Counted from the first letter of the stretch, positions 19,701-27,974 are shown. The stretch: 37,579 nucleotides of DNA from Elusimicrobiota bacterium (GCA_037137395.1 JBAXKK010000017.1:1-37579), one strand, 5' to 3'. Made by a program: numbers and translations. The notes: generated by a model from the letters alone, not told the origin.

Positions 19701-22700
19701 TTAAGAACACGCTGAATTCTTTTGATGGCAACCACTCACTTACTGTCACGGGTAATGCGGAATTTGACGGCATTGTGGGAACAGCCAGCGATTCTGCTAA
19801 TAGACTCTCCACGTTTGGGGTCACCGGGAACACTATAATAGGTCTGGCATCGGTTGATGCTATCTCGGTCTACACCACGGGCACGCAAACCTATGGGAAT
19901 GAAGTTACAGACGCGGTAACGCTTGCTGCAAACACCACGCTGGCTTCCGGCGACGCTATTACATTCAACGGCACGGTGGATTCCTCCTGGCATACCGGAG
20001 AGCCGGGTGCGTCCGACGGTCACACGCTCACAACCGACTCCGATGGTTCCACCACATTCGGCGGTGCGGTGGGGCATGGCACGTATGGTAAGCTCGGTTT
20101 TCTGACCGTCGAGGCCTCTAATATATACCTCAACGGCGCGACAGTGAACACTGTAGCCACATCCGGCGGCAATCAGACTTATAATGGCGCTGTAACGCTT
20201 GGGCACGACGTCACGCTGTCAGCCGGTGGCGCAATTCTGTTTGATGGCACGGTAGATTCCGCTGTGAATAGCGGGGCATCCTATGGATATGATTTGGCGA
20301 CCTACTCTGTGGGTGATATCACATTCCAGCACGCTGTGGGCGGCGGCACTAACGGCCAGCTTGGTTCTCTGAGTGTCAATGCTAATTATGTCACCAATGT
20401 GGTTTGGATGCCCGCGGTCGAGTCAACCGCTAAGATTCACCTCGACGGCGGCGCTATCACCACCTTGGGAACGCAGGATTATTTCGGAGCTGTCGAACTG
20501 GGTGCCGCCACTACCTTGACGGCTACGGATACGGGGATTACCGGTCACATTGACTTTGATCTAACCGTTGATGGCGCTTACGCCTTGACGCTGAATGCGG
20601 GCTATGACGTTGATTTTGACGCGTCAGTGGGTAGTCTTACCCCTCTTACTTCCCTCAGCGTCACCACTGGCGCTGGCTATATCAGATTTGATGGTATTGA
20701 TGACGGGACGTATATGCACATGCCGAAAACTGTTGATACGGTAATCAAAACGACAGGCGCCCAAAACTATGACGGCAATGTGATGCTCCTGAGCAACAAC
20801 TTCAGCCTGACATCATCCGCCGGCGCGATTGCCTTCATGCATACTATTGGCGGCACCTATAAGTTGACCACCACTTCTGTTGGCAACACAACCTTCACCG
20901 ATGCGGTTAGCCTGGCTTCCTTAAATGTCACAGCGACCACAGGCGATATTAGACTTAACGGCGCAACAATTGACACCCTGGGTACATCAGCCGATGTTGG
21001 TGATGGTAGTCAGTCTTATACCGGCCATGTGGTGCTTACCGATAATGTTGCGCTGACCGCGGCTGTCGGCACTCACGCTTCGCCGACCGCAACTGATGGC
21101 GCTATCTTCTTCACTAGCACTGTGGATTCCAGCGGTGATACAGCTGCTTCCGACGGGCACACGCTCACAACCGGCTCTGCCGGCGCTACAACATTTAATG
21201 GCGCGGTGGGCGGTGGCACGTACGGTGAGCTTGGCAGCCTGAGCGCCACAGCTTCTGTTATCAACCTTAACGGTCTCACTGTTGAAACTAAAGGAACAGC
21301 CACAGCCACCGGCAACCAGGTGTATGCTGGTGATGTTGTGCTTCAAAAAGCCACTACGCTTACAGCTGTCGACGGTGCCCACGCTACCGGCGCGGCTGCT
21401 GGCGCGATCACCTTTAACGGGAAGGTGGACGGCGCCTTCGCGCTTGTGACTACCTCCGATGGCGATACCACGATTACGCACGCGGTAGGTTACGATACCG
21501 ATGGTGAGTTGACCGCGCTTACGGTCAACATATCAGCCGATGGTATGACCAATCTACGGACTATCAACCTCAACGGCGGCACGATCGAAGCCGCGGCACA
21601 ATACTACAATGGTGACGTGGAACTTGGAGCCAATACGTTCCTGACCGGCACATCTCTGTCGTTGAACGCGGCGAAGTATTTTGACGGGAATGGATATGAT
21701 CTGACTTTGACATTCGGCAGTGGCGTGACCATTCCGACGCTGGCTACCGTATTCGCGAACGTTAAGAATTTCACCTCAAATGGATCGGGTGGAACAACTA
21801 TTAATGCAAGGACTTTCACTACCACGGGAACTCAGACTTACGGCAATGCGGTAATATTGGGCGGCAATGCCACTCTGGTAAGCACTGGCGAAGGGACTCT
21901 CGGAAACATCGGTTTCGCCTCAACGGTAAACGGCGTGTACACCCTTACAGTAAATACCGGCGGCATAACAACCTTCGGCGGTGCGGTGGGCAACACGGGG
22001 ATATTAGCGAGTTTAACCACGAATGCTGCCGGCAGCACGGCCATCAATGGCGGTTCTATACATACCTCCGGCGCGCAGACTTATAATGATGCGGTGACGC
22101 TGGATGGCAACACTGTGTTAACAACCGCCTCCAATGTGATATTTAAGAGCACGCTGAACGACGCTTCTGCGGGTTATGACAACGCATCGCTCCAAGTCGC
22201 AGGTAACGCTGAATTCGACGGTATAGTGGGCACCGATAATACTTCAGGTAATCGACTCTCAACACTTGAGGTTACCGGCACCACAACATTCGGTTATTTG
22301 ACCTCTATAGCTGTAAACACAACAGGCAACCAGACCTATACCGGCGCGGTGACGCTCAATAGGGACGCCCTCTTGAACACTTCCGCCGGAGGGATTACAT
22401 TCGGCGGAACTGTGGCCTCGTTAAACGATAACGGCCACGACTTAATCACTTATTCGCATGGCGACACCGTCTTTAACGGCAATATAGGCGCTGTCGGGTA
22501 TGAACTGGGCAACCTCACCGCGGAGATAGATTCCATAGGTGAAGGACATATCTATCTGAACGGCACCGGCGGCGTGATGAATATCAGAACTGACAATGAC
22601 CAGGAATACATCGGCCAGGTCTATTTGGGCGGAAACGCCACGCTGACGGCATCCGTGGGCAGCATTATGTTTGACGGAGCGGTGGATTCAGTCGGAGCCA

Positions 22701-24892
22701 CTCCTTATGACCTGACCACTCATTCGTTCCTGGACACCTCATTCAACGGAAATGTTGGCCATGAGTATGAGTTGTACAACCTTATGGCTGAAATCACTTC
22801 CACGGGCGTTAATGCCGGGCGCATACATCTATCCGGCACCGCCGGCACGATATCAGTTGAAACTTCGGGGAATCAGGAATATGACGGCAATGTGCATCTG
22901 GGCGGAAACGCGGCTTTGACCTCAACTGAGCGCGCCATCACATTTGACGGCACGGTTAATTCTTACAACCACTACGACCTGACAACCAATTCTGACCGCG
23001 ACACGACATTCTGGGGTGCGGTAGGCGATTCCTACACCCTGGGCGATCTCAGTGTTACCACCGGCGAGACTGCCGGCGTCGGGCACACGACCGGCCTGAT
23101 TGTTTTAAGAGGCGCTAATATCACTACCAACGGAGACCAAGATTACAACGGCGGGGTGATTCTCGGAGCGGACACTGTTATGACCGCCAACGCGCCGCTT
23201 GTGAATCTTGTCGGATATCCCTACGGGACGCCGTCGGCCTCCACGGGTGAAATCACCTTCCTGAAAACAGTGGATTCCGAGTGGAATAATTACCACACGC
23301 TTACCACCGTTTCGGCCGGCGACACCACATTTAGTGACCTTGTGGGCGACGCTGAAACCACCACGCTGGGTGTATCATATTTCGGCGTGCTGGGCGCGCT
23401 ATCCGTGACCGCTCACGACTATATCAACCTTGATACGGTCTCGGTTGAAACCACGGGCGCGCAGAGTTACAGCGGCGATGTGGTGCTGGGTTATTATGAC
23501 ACGACCCTGACCACCGACGACAGCGACATCGTGTTTGCCGGCACACTGAACGGGTTCCAGGACTTAACGCTTGCGACAGGCACCGGCGATATAACGCTGG
23601 ACAAGGTAGGCGATACCGAGTCTCTGCAATCGCTGACAATGAACCACGAGACCGGCAGCGGTATCCTTACCTTAAATGGTGATATCACTTCCTGGGGCGT
23701 CCAGGACTACGAGCGGGATGTAATCATAGGTAATGATATTACTTTGGATTCCACCATTGATAACTCGCAGCTATATAAGGCGCCGGGATATTCTGTGTCG
23801 GGGTATGATTCTGATATAGCTGACGGTGATATACACTTCCACGGCACGGTAGACGGCGACGGCGGCATCCACAGCGGGCTGACGCTTATTTCCGGCATCG
23901 GCGATGTGTATCTGGACGGTATGGTAGGCGATGACACGGACCTGACTTCGCTGACCATAGAGGGAACAGGCACAACTTATCTGAGCGGAGGGTGTGTTCA
24001 CACCATCGGCGACCAGACCTATAACCAGGCTGTGCAGCTTTATGACGATACATACTTCAGCTCCAGCATAGGAGATATCTCCTTCGCCAGCACATTAAAC
24101 GGACTGCATGTGCCTACAGCGCCCGGGTTTACCCCGCAGGTGGCGGACGCTGCTTACTGGGTGTATCTTGATGCCAATCACGGAGATATAACCCTGGATG
24201 GGGCGGTAGACGCCAAGGAGATAGACCTGTATGGCAATACTATCACCTGGAATGCCGACCTGAACGCCACCGGTTATGTGGATATAGAGGGCACGGATCT
24301 GGTGATGAATGGTGACATCAATTCCTCAGGGGCCGATGAGACATGGATGAATTCCACTGTGTTGATGGTCGCCGACGGCACCTTCAAGAACGCCGCGTCG
24401 CATACGATCAACCTTGCCAGCGGCTCGAGATTCCTGATATATTCGGTTAATCCCGCGCTTGATACGCGTGGCGGGTTGGAAGGCAGCACGCAATACAGCA
24501 CCGACTGGTGGCAGGATCCTTCCTTCACCGGCAGCGGCTTCCTCTACACCGTAGCCCTGGACGTGCCTGAGATAGTAGACGAGCAGAGCTTCCAGGCCAC
24601 CAACACCTACGCCACGTTCGATGTTCCGGAACCGGGCGCAGGGACGCACGGCGGCGGATTCTTCTCGGTGATCAACACGCCTACAAACACCAATGTGTAT
24701 AAGCGCGAACATCGCAGGGCGCCGGCGAATGATCAACAGCAGGATGATGCGAAGAAGAAAAAAGACGAGGCAAGAGCGTCCGTCAATAAGAATTCAGTTT
24801 CGCGCGCCGGGGGCCGGCTCGGGCCGGCTTTCGCTTCGCTTCCCGGCTTCTCGGCAGACGCCGGAGTCCACTCGCTGCTAAGGAGTAATTAA
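10742..24892 (+). CDS. giant filamentous haemagglutinin-like TpsA exoprotein (~4716 aa, beta-helical repeats)
   Basis: Signal peptide ending VFA/NP and a TPS domain (AIINWNGFSI, LNRVTGGDPSAIYG, FLINPNGI, GGFAEVSG, GTLLLDP). Dozens of TTGAQTYNDAVTLG...ITFxSTVDG repeats follow. Start taken at ATG 10742 (AGAGGA RBS) rather than TTG 10697. Confidence 0.93.
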   Translation: MNLNNKQNLFSIVMRGVRLLLAVIIMSPTSVFANPYGGDVVAGLANIGGSGSVVTVNQLTDRAIINWNGFSIDTGELTKFIQPNALSAILNRVTGGDPSAIYGTIQANGQVFLINPNGITVGAGGVINAQSFIASTLDVVVGQFMAGGDLLFSGSSLASVKNAGKINALGGDVMLIAHNLVNTGEINAANGTAAMAAGSEVLLKSAGNERVFVQAGNGTADVGVDQKGQILAAAAELKAAGGNVYGLAINNEGVVRAEGVENRDGRVYLTASGGTVVNAGEISAKQGDKGGEVRIAADNIVLKNGSLIDVSGQNGGGTALIGGDIHGTNPDMPNAKNTTVEAGAVIKADAIESGNGGKVIVWSDDTTNFQGNISAVGGAISGNGGFAEVSGKATLVYDGLADLRAPNGETGTLLLDPFNLTISAAASSALTEAPDYTWTGTATSNLNVTILTNQLGGSNVLVQTSGDGGDIIVASAISWNSAYGLTLTASQNIYVNTAITNSGTGSLTLNAASGAGTINLSANITTTGGAQLYNGAVVLSQSEILASNNGNITFNKTIDGSDAFKSLTLSAGSGSVYLYGSVGAGTGTSLTNFTVSGTGTTYLSGATGVMQVKTSGSQLYNNSAVSINTNNAELISTNQLISFAGTVDSPSYKALTTQSYGDTTFSGAIGTTKVLDALNVTILGTGNINLNGGAIHTINAQGYAGPVLIAANDAYLYTVNGDISFGYSVGSPITIDSFTHKHLTAEVGIAGNVIFSNTVGAGDNTLSSLIAKSGASVDDKIYINGTSVTTDGSQEYDGNVSIGFHDAFLTSNNDAITFQHMIDASGGYGLTTSSDHDTVFGGAIGSGATGKLGFLNATVVDTSNHIHLNGNVRTLGSVSESGNQRYNGDVLVDANSALTAEDGVATSLVGLGAITFVKKVDGANTLTTTSDGSTTFTQAVGSDSGGELAALTANIAASGAGKININGGSVETAGNSTYADEGSNDDGDQYYDGDVVLGYDTTFTAVAYAGDTDGGAVTFAHKVDGAAANTQALTVNTSGLTTFTQAVGTTALKSLETDQYGTTLISGGSVNTYGAQTYNDDVTLGANAILTAGTPGVIFKKTVNNAISEGTHASLKVDGKAEFDGIVGTTADTRLSTLEVTGTSTLGALTAISINTASTQLYTGRVTLGNNVTLDSTGAEALGNITFTSTINGAHNLIVNTAGITKFNDAVFASNVTTDAAGGSSGGTTEIHSNVTTTGGTQTYGDAVKLDDNIVLTGTTVIFKSTLDSLVSTEYRSLKVDGNAEFDGVVGTASDSNYRLATLWITGTSLLKGTAINTTSTQDYDGAVTLETAALNTLTGTIVTFGSTVDASSAGHGLKVSGDAMFKGTVGTASGSDNRLSTLETTGNTTLGLVTSESAISVNTTGNQTYGDATSDAVTLGANTTLASGAAILFNGRVDSSKLNENTSDGHTLTTGSTGVTTFSGMVGASGSTELGSLAATATTINVNGGFVATSGNQAYTGAVVLGAATAFTAQAGSGGNIVFNNTVDSSSNGKNLLTTNSIGNTTFGGAVGGAVGGELGSLNATASGTGSVININGSSVETLGSASARGSQYYQSNVVLGADATLTAADGTYATPGTDAGEIRFMQKVDGAYKLTTTSDGNTTFTQAVGYNTELAALTANITGASTGKILLNGGTIETLGTATGTGSQIYDGDVVLCYDTTLTADDGAYTPGATAGAITFSHKVDGAKALVTNSIGDTTFTQAVGYDTELAALTVNITGLTNTNKIKLNGATIETLGTATGTGSQIYDGDVVLCYDTTLTADDGAYTPGATAGAINFVQTVNGAYNLIVNTSGLTTFGGKVGDSAALTSLTTDAGGSTAINSSRDIATAAIITTGAQTYNDDVVLGINAILNTSSGVVYFKKTLNSSTVNTLYKSLKVNGNAEFDGIVGTSNSSDYRLSTLEVTGNTTFGDRTNSADISVNTTDNQTYGNSASADAVTLGADTTLASGGAIVFNSTVDSSRNGSTISDVHTLTTGSTGVTTFTGAVGNAGTSQLGSLNATATTIDINGGAVKTGLLGSAATGSQLYNGNVVLGYDTTLTAVDHDATVGHDGGNITFDHLVDAAAVGSQSLTVDALTGDVTFTGAVGTTALNILDIDNGAVVNAGKIYIDGGAVTTTAFQYYHQAVELGASGLTTTLTSTSGSGEINFISTVNGSVAGTQNLIVNTSDITTFGGLVGNTAALASLTTNAVGSTIMSGGTTGSGETLKVSVNTTGAQTYNDAVTLGANSILTAGGTGVVFKNTLNSYTQETYKSLKVNGNAEFDGDVGAKSGADYKLGALEVTGNTILGLSSSESNISVNTNNGSQTYGDNAAYDTVTLGANTTLTSTNSGAIVFNSTVDSSKTGAGTDPVVYTSDGHTLITNSGSNATTFNGAVGAAGNSQLGSLNASASVININGSAITTTGAQHYNQAVVLGGTTTDNATTLTSTANGEIHFVSTVNGAKNLIVVSGGIKIFGGAVGATTPLASLYVDDLVGTIQINGGSVRTTGAQTYKDAVTLGASEGLGYTTTLTSLGVVADEVTTYGDIHFYSTINGTGQNLIVNTGGLINASGVTTFAGLVGNTAALASLVTNAGGSTAINGGSSEGAITIKTTGLQTYNDAVILGDDTTLTSTGSGAITLASTVNGLIDGTHVDNTNNHDLTVTTGGMTTFGGTVGAIKKLDDITVTGTSTLGVGSAIAINTSGTQTYTGPVTLAQNATLDSIGVEALGNITFTSTINGAHNLIVNTAGITKFGDVVSLANLTTDATDGSHGGSTELYGNVTTTAVQTYGDAVKLAKSEGLTTLTGTNVIFKSTLDSLTGNKSLLVAGNAEFDDVVGNTALSTLQIIGTSFLNGGAVTTTSTQYYDGAVTLGKATLLNTTNSAVTFTGTSATINGAHTLNIQAGNGPVTLGGAVGAGESGVLTSLTIGTALDGGHTHINGGAVKALTQTYNNATELGVNTTLTGNAAFKNTLNSFDGNHSLTVTGNAEFDGIVGTASDSANRLSTFGVTGNTIIGLASVDAISVYTTGTQTYGNEVTDAVTLAANTTLASGDAITFNGTVDSSWHTGEPGASDGHTLTTDSDGSTTFGGAVGHGTYGKLGFLTVEASNIYLNGATVNTVATSGGNQTYNGAVTLGHDVTLSAGGAILFDGTVDSAVNSGASYGYDLATYSVGDITFQHAVGGGTNGQLGSLSVNANYVTNVVWMPAVESTAKIHLDGGAITTLGTQDYFGAVELGAATTLTATDTGITGHIDFDLTVDGAYALTLNAGYDVDFDASVGSLTPLTSLSVTTGAGYIRFDGIDDGTYMHMPKTVDTVIKTTGAQNYDGNVMLLSNNFSLTSSAGAIAFMHTIGGTYKLTTTSVGNTTFTDAVSLASLNVTATTGDIRLNGATIDTLGTSADVGDGSQSYTGHVVLTDNVALTAAVGTHASPTATDGAIFFTSTVDSSGDTAASDGHTLTTGSAGATTFNGAVGGGTYGELGSLSATASVINLNGLTVETKGTATATGNQVYAGDVVLQKATTLTAVDGAHATGAAAGAITFNGKVDGAFALVTTSDGDTTITHAVGYDTDGELTALTVNISADGMTNLRTINLNGGTIEAAAQYYNGDVELGANTFLTGTSLSLNAAKYFDGNGYDLTLTFGSGVTIPTLATVFANVKNFTSNGSGGTTINARTFTTTGTQTYGNAVILGGNATLVSTGEGTLGNIGFASTVNGVYTLTVNTGGITTFGGAVGNTGILASLTTNAAGSTAINGGSIHTSGAQTYNDAVTLDGNTVLTTASNVIFKSTLNDASAGYDNASLQVAGNAEFDGIVGTDNTSGNRLSTLEVTGTTTFGYLTSIAVNTTGNQTYTGAVTLNRDALLNTSAGGITFGGTVASLNDNGHDLITYSHGDTVFNGNIGAVGYELGNLTAEIDSIGEGHIYLNGTGGVMNIRTDNDQEYIGQVYLGGNATLTASVGSIMFDGAVDSVGATPYDLTTHSFLDTSFNGNVGHEYELYNLMAEITSTGVNAGRIHLSGTAGTISVETSGNQEYDGNVHLGGNAALTSTERAITFDGTVNSYNHYDLTTNSDRDTTFWGAVGDSYTLGDLSVTTGETAGVGHTTGLIVLRGANITTNGDQDYNGGVILGADTVMTANAPLVNLVGYPYGTPSASTGEITFLKTVDSEWNNYHTLTTVSAGDTTFSDLVGDAETTTLGVSYFGVLGALSVTAHDYINLDTVSVETTGAQSYSGDVVLGYYDTTLTTDDSDIVFAGTLNGFQDLTLATGTGDITLDKVGDTESLQSLTMNHETGSGILTLNGDITSWGVQDYERDVIIGNDITLDSTIDNSQLYKAPGYSVSGYDSDIADGDIHFHGTVDGDGGIHSGLTLISGIGDVYLDGMVGDDTDLTSLTIEGTGTTYLSGGCVHTIGDQTYNQAVQLYDDTYFSSSIGDISFASTLNGLHVPTAPGFTPQVADAAYWVYLDANHGDITLDGAVDAKEIDLYGNTITWNADLNATGYVDIEGTDLVMNGDINSSGADETWMNSTVLMVADGTFKNAASHTINLASGSRFLIYSVNPALDTRGGLEGSTQYSTDWWQDPSFTGSGFLYTVALDVPEIVDEQSFQATNTYATFDVPEPGAGTHGGGFFSVINTPTNTNVYKREHRRAPANDQQQDDAKKKKDEARASVNKNSVSRAGGRLGPAFASLPGFSADAGVHSLLRSN
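15770..16191 (+). repeat. exact 131-bp direct repeat inside tpsA (period 291 bp)
   Basis: 15770-15900 equals 16061-16191 (TIETLGTATGTGSQIYDGDVVLCYDTTLTADDGAYTPGATAGAI). Confidence 0.9.
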
Positions 24893-24896
24893 TAGA

Positions 24897-26696
24897 ATGA
24901 AAAAATCATCCCGCGTATATTCTGAAATATTTCTGGTAGCTTTAGCGGCAATGACCGCCTGCGCCTTGATCCCTTCGCCGGCCGCGGCAGTTGACGCGCC
25001 AGCGGCGGTAGAGGCCCCCGCGGCGGCAGTAGAAGCGCCAGCGGCTGTAGTCCCGCCCCCGGCGGTTGAAGCGGCTCCGGTCGCGGCTCCCGCGGCGGTA
25101 GAGCCTGCCGTGGTACAAGCGCCTGAACCGCCCAAGGTGATAATCAAGAAATTATCGGGCTTAATATTTGTCAGAGACCCCAAGGAAGTAGCCGCGTCAG
25201 GCGTGGCAAAGGGTTCAGGCCTGGTGATAAAGAACATCCCAATCCTTGATGACGAAGATTTCAAGTCAAAGATGGAAAGCTATCTTGGCAAGCCTCTGAC
25301 CGACGCCGGCCGCAGCAAGATCATAGAGGAAGTGGTTCTGTTCTTCAGAAGCCAGGGCCGCTCAGTAGTGGATGTAAGCACGCCTCCGCAGGATATCACC
25401 TCAGGCGTACTGCAGCTGCTGGTGCTGGAAGGTAATGTCGGCGAAATTCGCGTAGAAGGCACGCGCTGGTTTGACGCCAAGCGCCTGGCCGGGCAGATGC
25501 GCATTAAGCCGGGCTCAACACTTGATTCAAGCGAGATACTTAAGGAACTGGATTGGGTAAACCGCAATCCTTTCCGGCAGGTTGACCTGGTGTACGCGAA
25601 GGGTTCCGAGCTGGGTAAGACAGATTTAGTGCTGAGGACTTCCGAGATCTTCCCGCTGCGGCTTTACGCGGGCTATGAGGACAGCGGAACCGAATTGACG
25701 GATGACCAGCGCGTGCTTGCGGGCGTCAATTGGGGCAATGTTTTCGGGCGCGACGGGCAATTGAATTATCAGTATATAGCCAGCCCGGAGGCAGGCGCCT
25801 TCGCGGCGCATTCAATGAGCTTTATACAGCCGCTGCCCTGGCGGCATATCCTGACGGTATTCGGCAGCTACGCCGACACCAAGGCAGATGTGCCCGCGCC
25901 GTTCACGCTGGGCGGGTTCAGCTGGCAGGCAGGCGGGCGTTACGAGGTGCCCTTGCCGATACTGCACGGGTTAAGACATTCATTTGTCGGCGGTCTGGAC
26001 TTCAAACGCTCCAATAACAGCCTTTCATTCGGCGGGATATCGGTGTTTGATTCGGCGGCTGATGTGGCGCAGGGCAGCCTGGGTTATAACGCCAGCTTAA
26101 AAGATTCCTGGGGTATGAGTTCGCTGCGCTCAACCCTGTTCTACAGCCCCGGCGGGCTTACCAGCAGGAACAAGAAAGCCGACTTCGCGGCGGCCCGCGA
26201 CAAGGCTACGCCCAACTATATGTACGGCAAGATAGAATTTAACCGGACCACCGGCCTGCCCTGGGATTTCATGCTGATCAACCTGCTGGCTATCCAGATA
26301 GCTGATTCCAACCTTCTGGCGAGCGAGCAGATAGGCTTTGGCGGTTACGATACGGTGCGCGGGTATGACAGCCGGGTGGCCAATTTTGACCACGGCATCA
26401 GCCTATCCAACGAACTGCGCACCCCGCCCATTAGCCTTCTGGGCCTGGCGGGCTTAAAGAATGTTAAGGACCGGCTGCAGTTCCTTGTATTCGCCGACTA
26501 CGCTGCTGGTGGAAACACGCACCGGCTGGCAGGCGAAAAGGCGCGCACCGAACTTTTGGGTGTAGGTCCCGGTTTGCGCTATACCATCAATCCTTACCTA
26601 TCAGTGCGCGCGGATTACGGCTGGCAGGTGCACAATGTAGAGACCGCCAGAAGGGCCGCCTCGCGCGGTCATGTCGGGGTAGTTCTTAGTTACTAG
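24897..26696 (+). CDS. TpsB transporter (ShlB/FhaC/HecB family, Omp85 superfamily)
   Basis: Signal peptide, Ala/Pro-rich linker, POTRA motif (PPQDITSGVLQLLVLEGNVGEIRVEG), loop-6 VRGY motif, GVGPGLRY and C-terminal aromatic residue. Starts 4 nt after the tpsA stop. Confidence 0.95.
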   Translation: MKKSSRVYSEIFLVALAAMTACALIPSPAAAVDAPAAVEAPAAAVEAPAAVVPPPAVEAAPVAAPAAVEPAVVQAPEPPKVIIKKLSGLIFVRDPKEVAASGVAKGSGLVIKNIPILDDEDFKSKMESYLGKPLTDAGRSKIIEEVVLFFRSQGRSVVDVSTPPQDITSGVLQLLVLEGNVGEIRVEGTRWFDAKRLAGQMRIKPGSTLDSSEILKELDWVNRNPFRQVDLVYAKGSELGKTDLVLRTSEIFPLRLYAGYEDSGTELTDDQRVLAGVNWGNVFGRDGQLNYQYIASPEAGAFAAHSMSFIQPLPWRHILTVFGSYADTKADVPAPFTLGGFSWQAGGRYEVPLPILHGLRHSFVGGLDFKRSNNSLSFGGISVFDSAADVAQGSLGYNASLKDSWGMSSLRSTLFYSPGGLTSRNKKADFAAARDKATPNYMYGKIEFNRTTGLPWDFMLINLLAIQIADSNLLASEQIGFGGYDTVRGYDSRVANFDHGISLSNELRTPPISLLGLAGLKNVKDRLQFLVFADYAAGGNTHRLAGEKARTELLGVGPGLRYTINPYLSVRADYGWQVHNVETARRAASRGHVGVVLSY

Positions 26697-26698
26697 GG

Positions 26699-26785
26699 TC
26701 GGAAAGCGTAAAGCGTAAAGCGGAAAGCGGGAAGAGTACATCGTAAATCGGGAAGCGGGAAGCGTAAAGAGTAAATCGGGGAGCG
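26699..26785. repeat. heptamer array A (AAAGCGT/GAAGCGG variants) immediately after tpsB
   Basis: GGAAAGCGTAAAGCGTAAAGCGGAAAGCGGGAAGAGTACATCGTAAATCGGGAAGCGGGAAGCGTAAAGAGTAAATCGGG, with 7-nt periodicity. Confidence 0.85.
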
Positions 26786-26803
26786 AATGGCGCCAAACTT
26801 GGT

Positions 26804-26864
26804 CGTCTCACCGGCGGAAGCCGGTGCCCAGATTGTGTAATTCCGGGGACAGTATATTTAATTC
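26804..26864 (+). repeat. two further REP-like units: CGTC-type palindrome (26804-26831) and the 25-bp unit (26840-26864)
   Basis: CGTCTCACCGGCGGAAGCCGGTGCCCAG matches 34219-34246 except at two loop bases. 26840-26864 is the reverse complement of 8087-8111. Confidence 0.75.
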
Positions 26865-26900
26865 TGACCCCCAGACAAGACATTAATAGAGGAGACACAC

Positions 26901-27974
26901 ATGAGACTGAATAGACAATTTTTTCTGGCGGCTGTTATGATGGGAGTTCTGACGGCGCCGGGGTTTACGGCGGATACCAAAACGGCCGATGTGCTGGCCG
27001 TGGTGAACGGTGAAAATATAACACAGCCCGAATTTAACACTGAATGGTCTGGTTTCCTGGCGCAGGCTAAGACAGCGATGAAACCGGAACTGATGACCCC
27101 GCAGTGGGAGAAGGCCCAGAAGGCGGCGCTGCTGAACCAGTTGGTGGAACAGCGGCTTCTTGGCGCGGTGGCTAAGAAGAAAGGCATTGTGGCCGCGAAG
27201 AAGGATATCGAGGCCGCTCTGCGCAAAGTGAAAGGCAATTTTAATCCGCCCGAGGGATTCCAAAAGGAACTTGCCAAGGAAAAACTCACTGAGAAACAGT
27301 TTTCAGACAGGATCGCCAACCAGTTGCGCATTGCCGCTCTGACCAATTCCGTTATCAAGGAACGGGTTAAGGTGCCCTCTGATGATCAGGTGCGCAAGCT
27401 TTTTTATAGCGTCAAGGAAAGGATGGCTCAGCCCGCCGCGGCCACTGAGGCCGACGACGCTAAGCAGGCTGAGATAACCGAACTGGCGCGCTATTTTAGG
27501 ACTAACACCGCCGAGCGCGTAAAGATTCAGTACATACTTTTTAAGGCCGACGACAAAGCCACGACCGAAGAGCAGGCGGCAGCCGCCAAGAAGGCCGGGG
27601 AGGTTAAGGCTAAGCTGGATGGCGGCGCTAATTTCGCCGACACCGCGGCGCAGTATTCGGACGATAAGGTAACCGGTGCCAAAGGCGGAGAAGCCGGCTT
27701 TATCGTGCGCGGGCAGATGATAAAGGATTTTGAAGACGCCATTTTCGCGCTTCCAGTAGGCGTGGTGTCAGGGCTTATTAAGACCAAGCTGGGCTATCAG
27801 ATCGTGCGGGTAATGGAAAAAACTGCCGTGGCCGACTTGCGCTACGAAGGCGCGCGTGAGTATCTGGTTAATCATCTTGTGCGCGTGGCGGCCAGAGAGG
27901 AACTTACGCGCTATGTGCAGGATCTTAAGAAGAGCGCCGTTATAGATGTGCGCGCTGATTTCGCGAAATCATAA
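26901..27974 (+). CDS. SurA/PrsA-like periplasmic chaperone with a parvulin (PpiC-type) domain
   Basis: Signal peptide, LAVVNGENIT and LLNQLVEQRLL (SurA N-terminal), and FADTAAQYSDD...KGGEAGF...FEDAIFAL...VSGLIKTKLGY (parvulin). GAGGAG RBS. Confidence 0.9.
   Translation: MRLNRQFFLAAVMMGVLTAPGFTADTKTADVLAVVNGENITQPEFNTEWSGFLAQAKTAMKPELMTPQWEKAQKAALLNQLVEQRLLGAVAKKKGIVAAKKDIEAALRKVKGNFNPPEGFQKELAKEKLTEKQFSDRIANQLRIAALTNSVIKERVKVPSDDQVRKLFYSVKERMAQPAAATEADDAKQAEITELARYFRTNTAERVKIQYILFKADDKATTEEQAAAAKKAGEVKAKLDGGANFADTAAQYSDDKVTGAKGGEAGFIVRGQMIKDFEDAIFALPVGVVSGLIKTKLGYQIVRVMEKTAVADLRYEGAREYLVNHLVRVAAREELTRYVQDLKKSAVIDVRADFAKS

Noticed and set aside
10846..24736. Many antisense and alternate-frame ORFs inside tpsA
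   Set aside because: These are shadow ORFs caused by the Thr/Gly/Ala/Asn codon bias, with Val/Pro-rich translations lacking motifs.
10742..26696. Contact-dependent inhibition (cdiBAI) locus
   Set aside because: Gene order is tpsA-tpsB with no intervening immunity ORF, and no pre-toxin motif or toxin domain was recognised.
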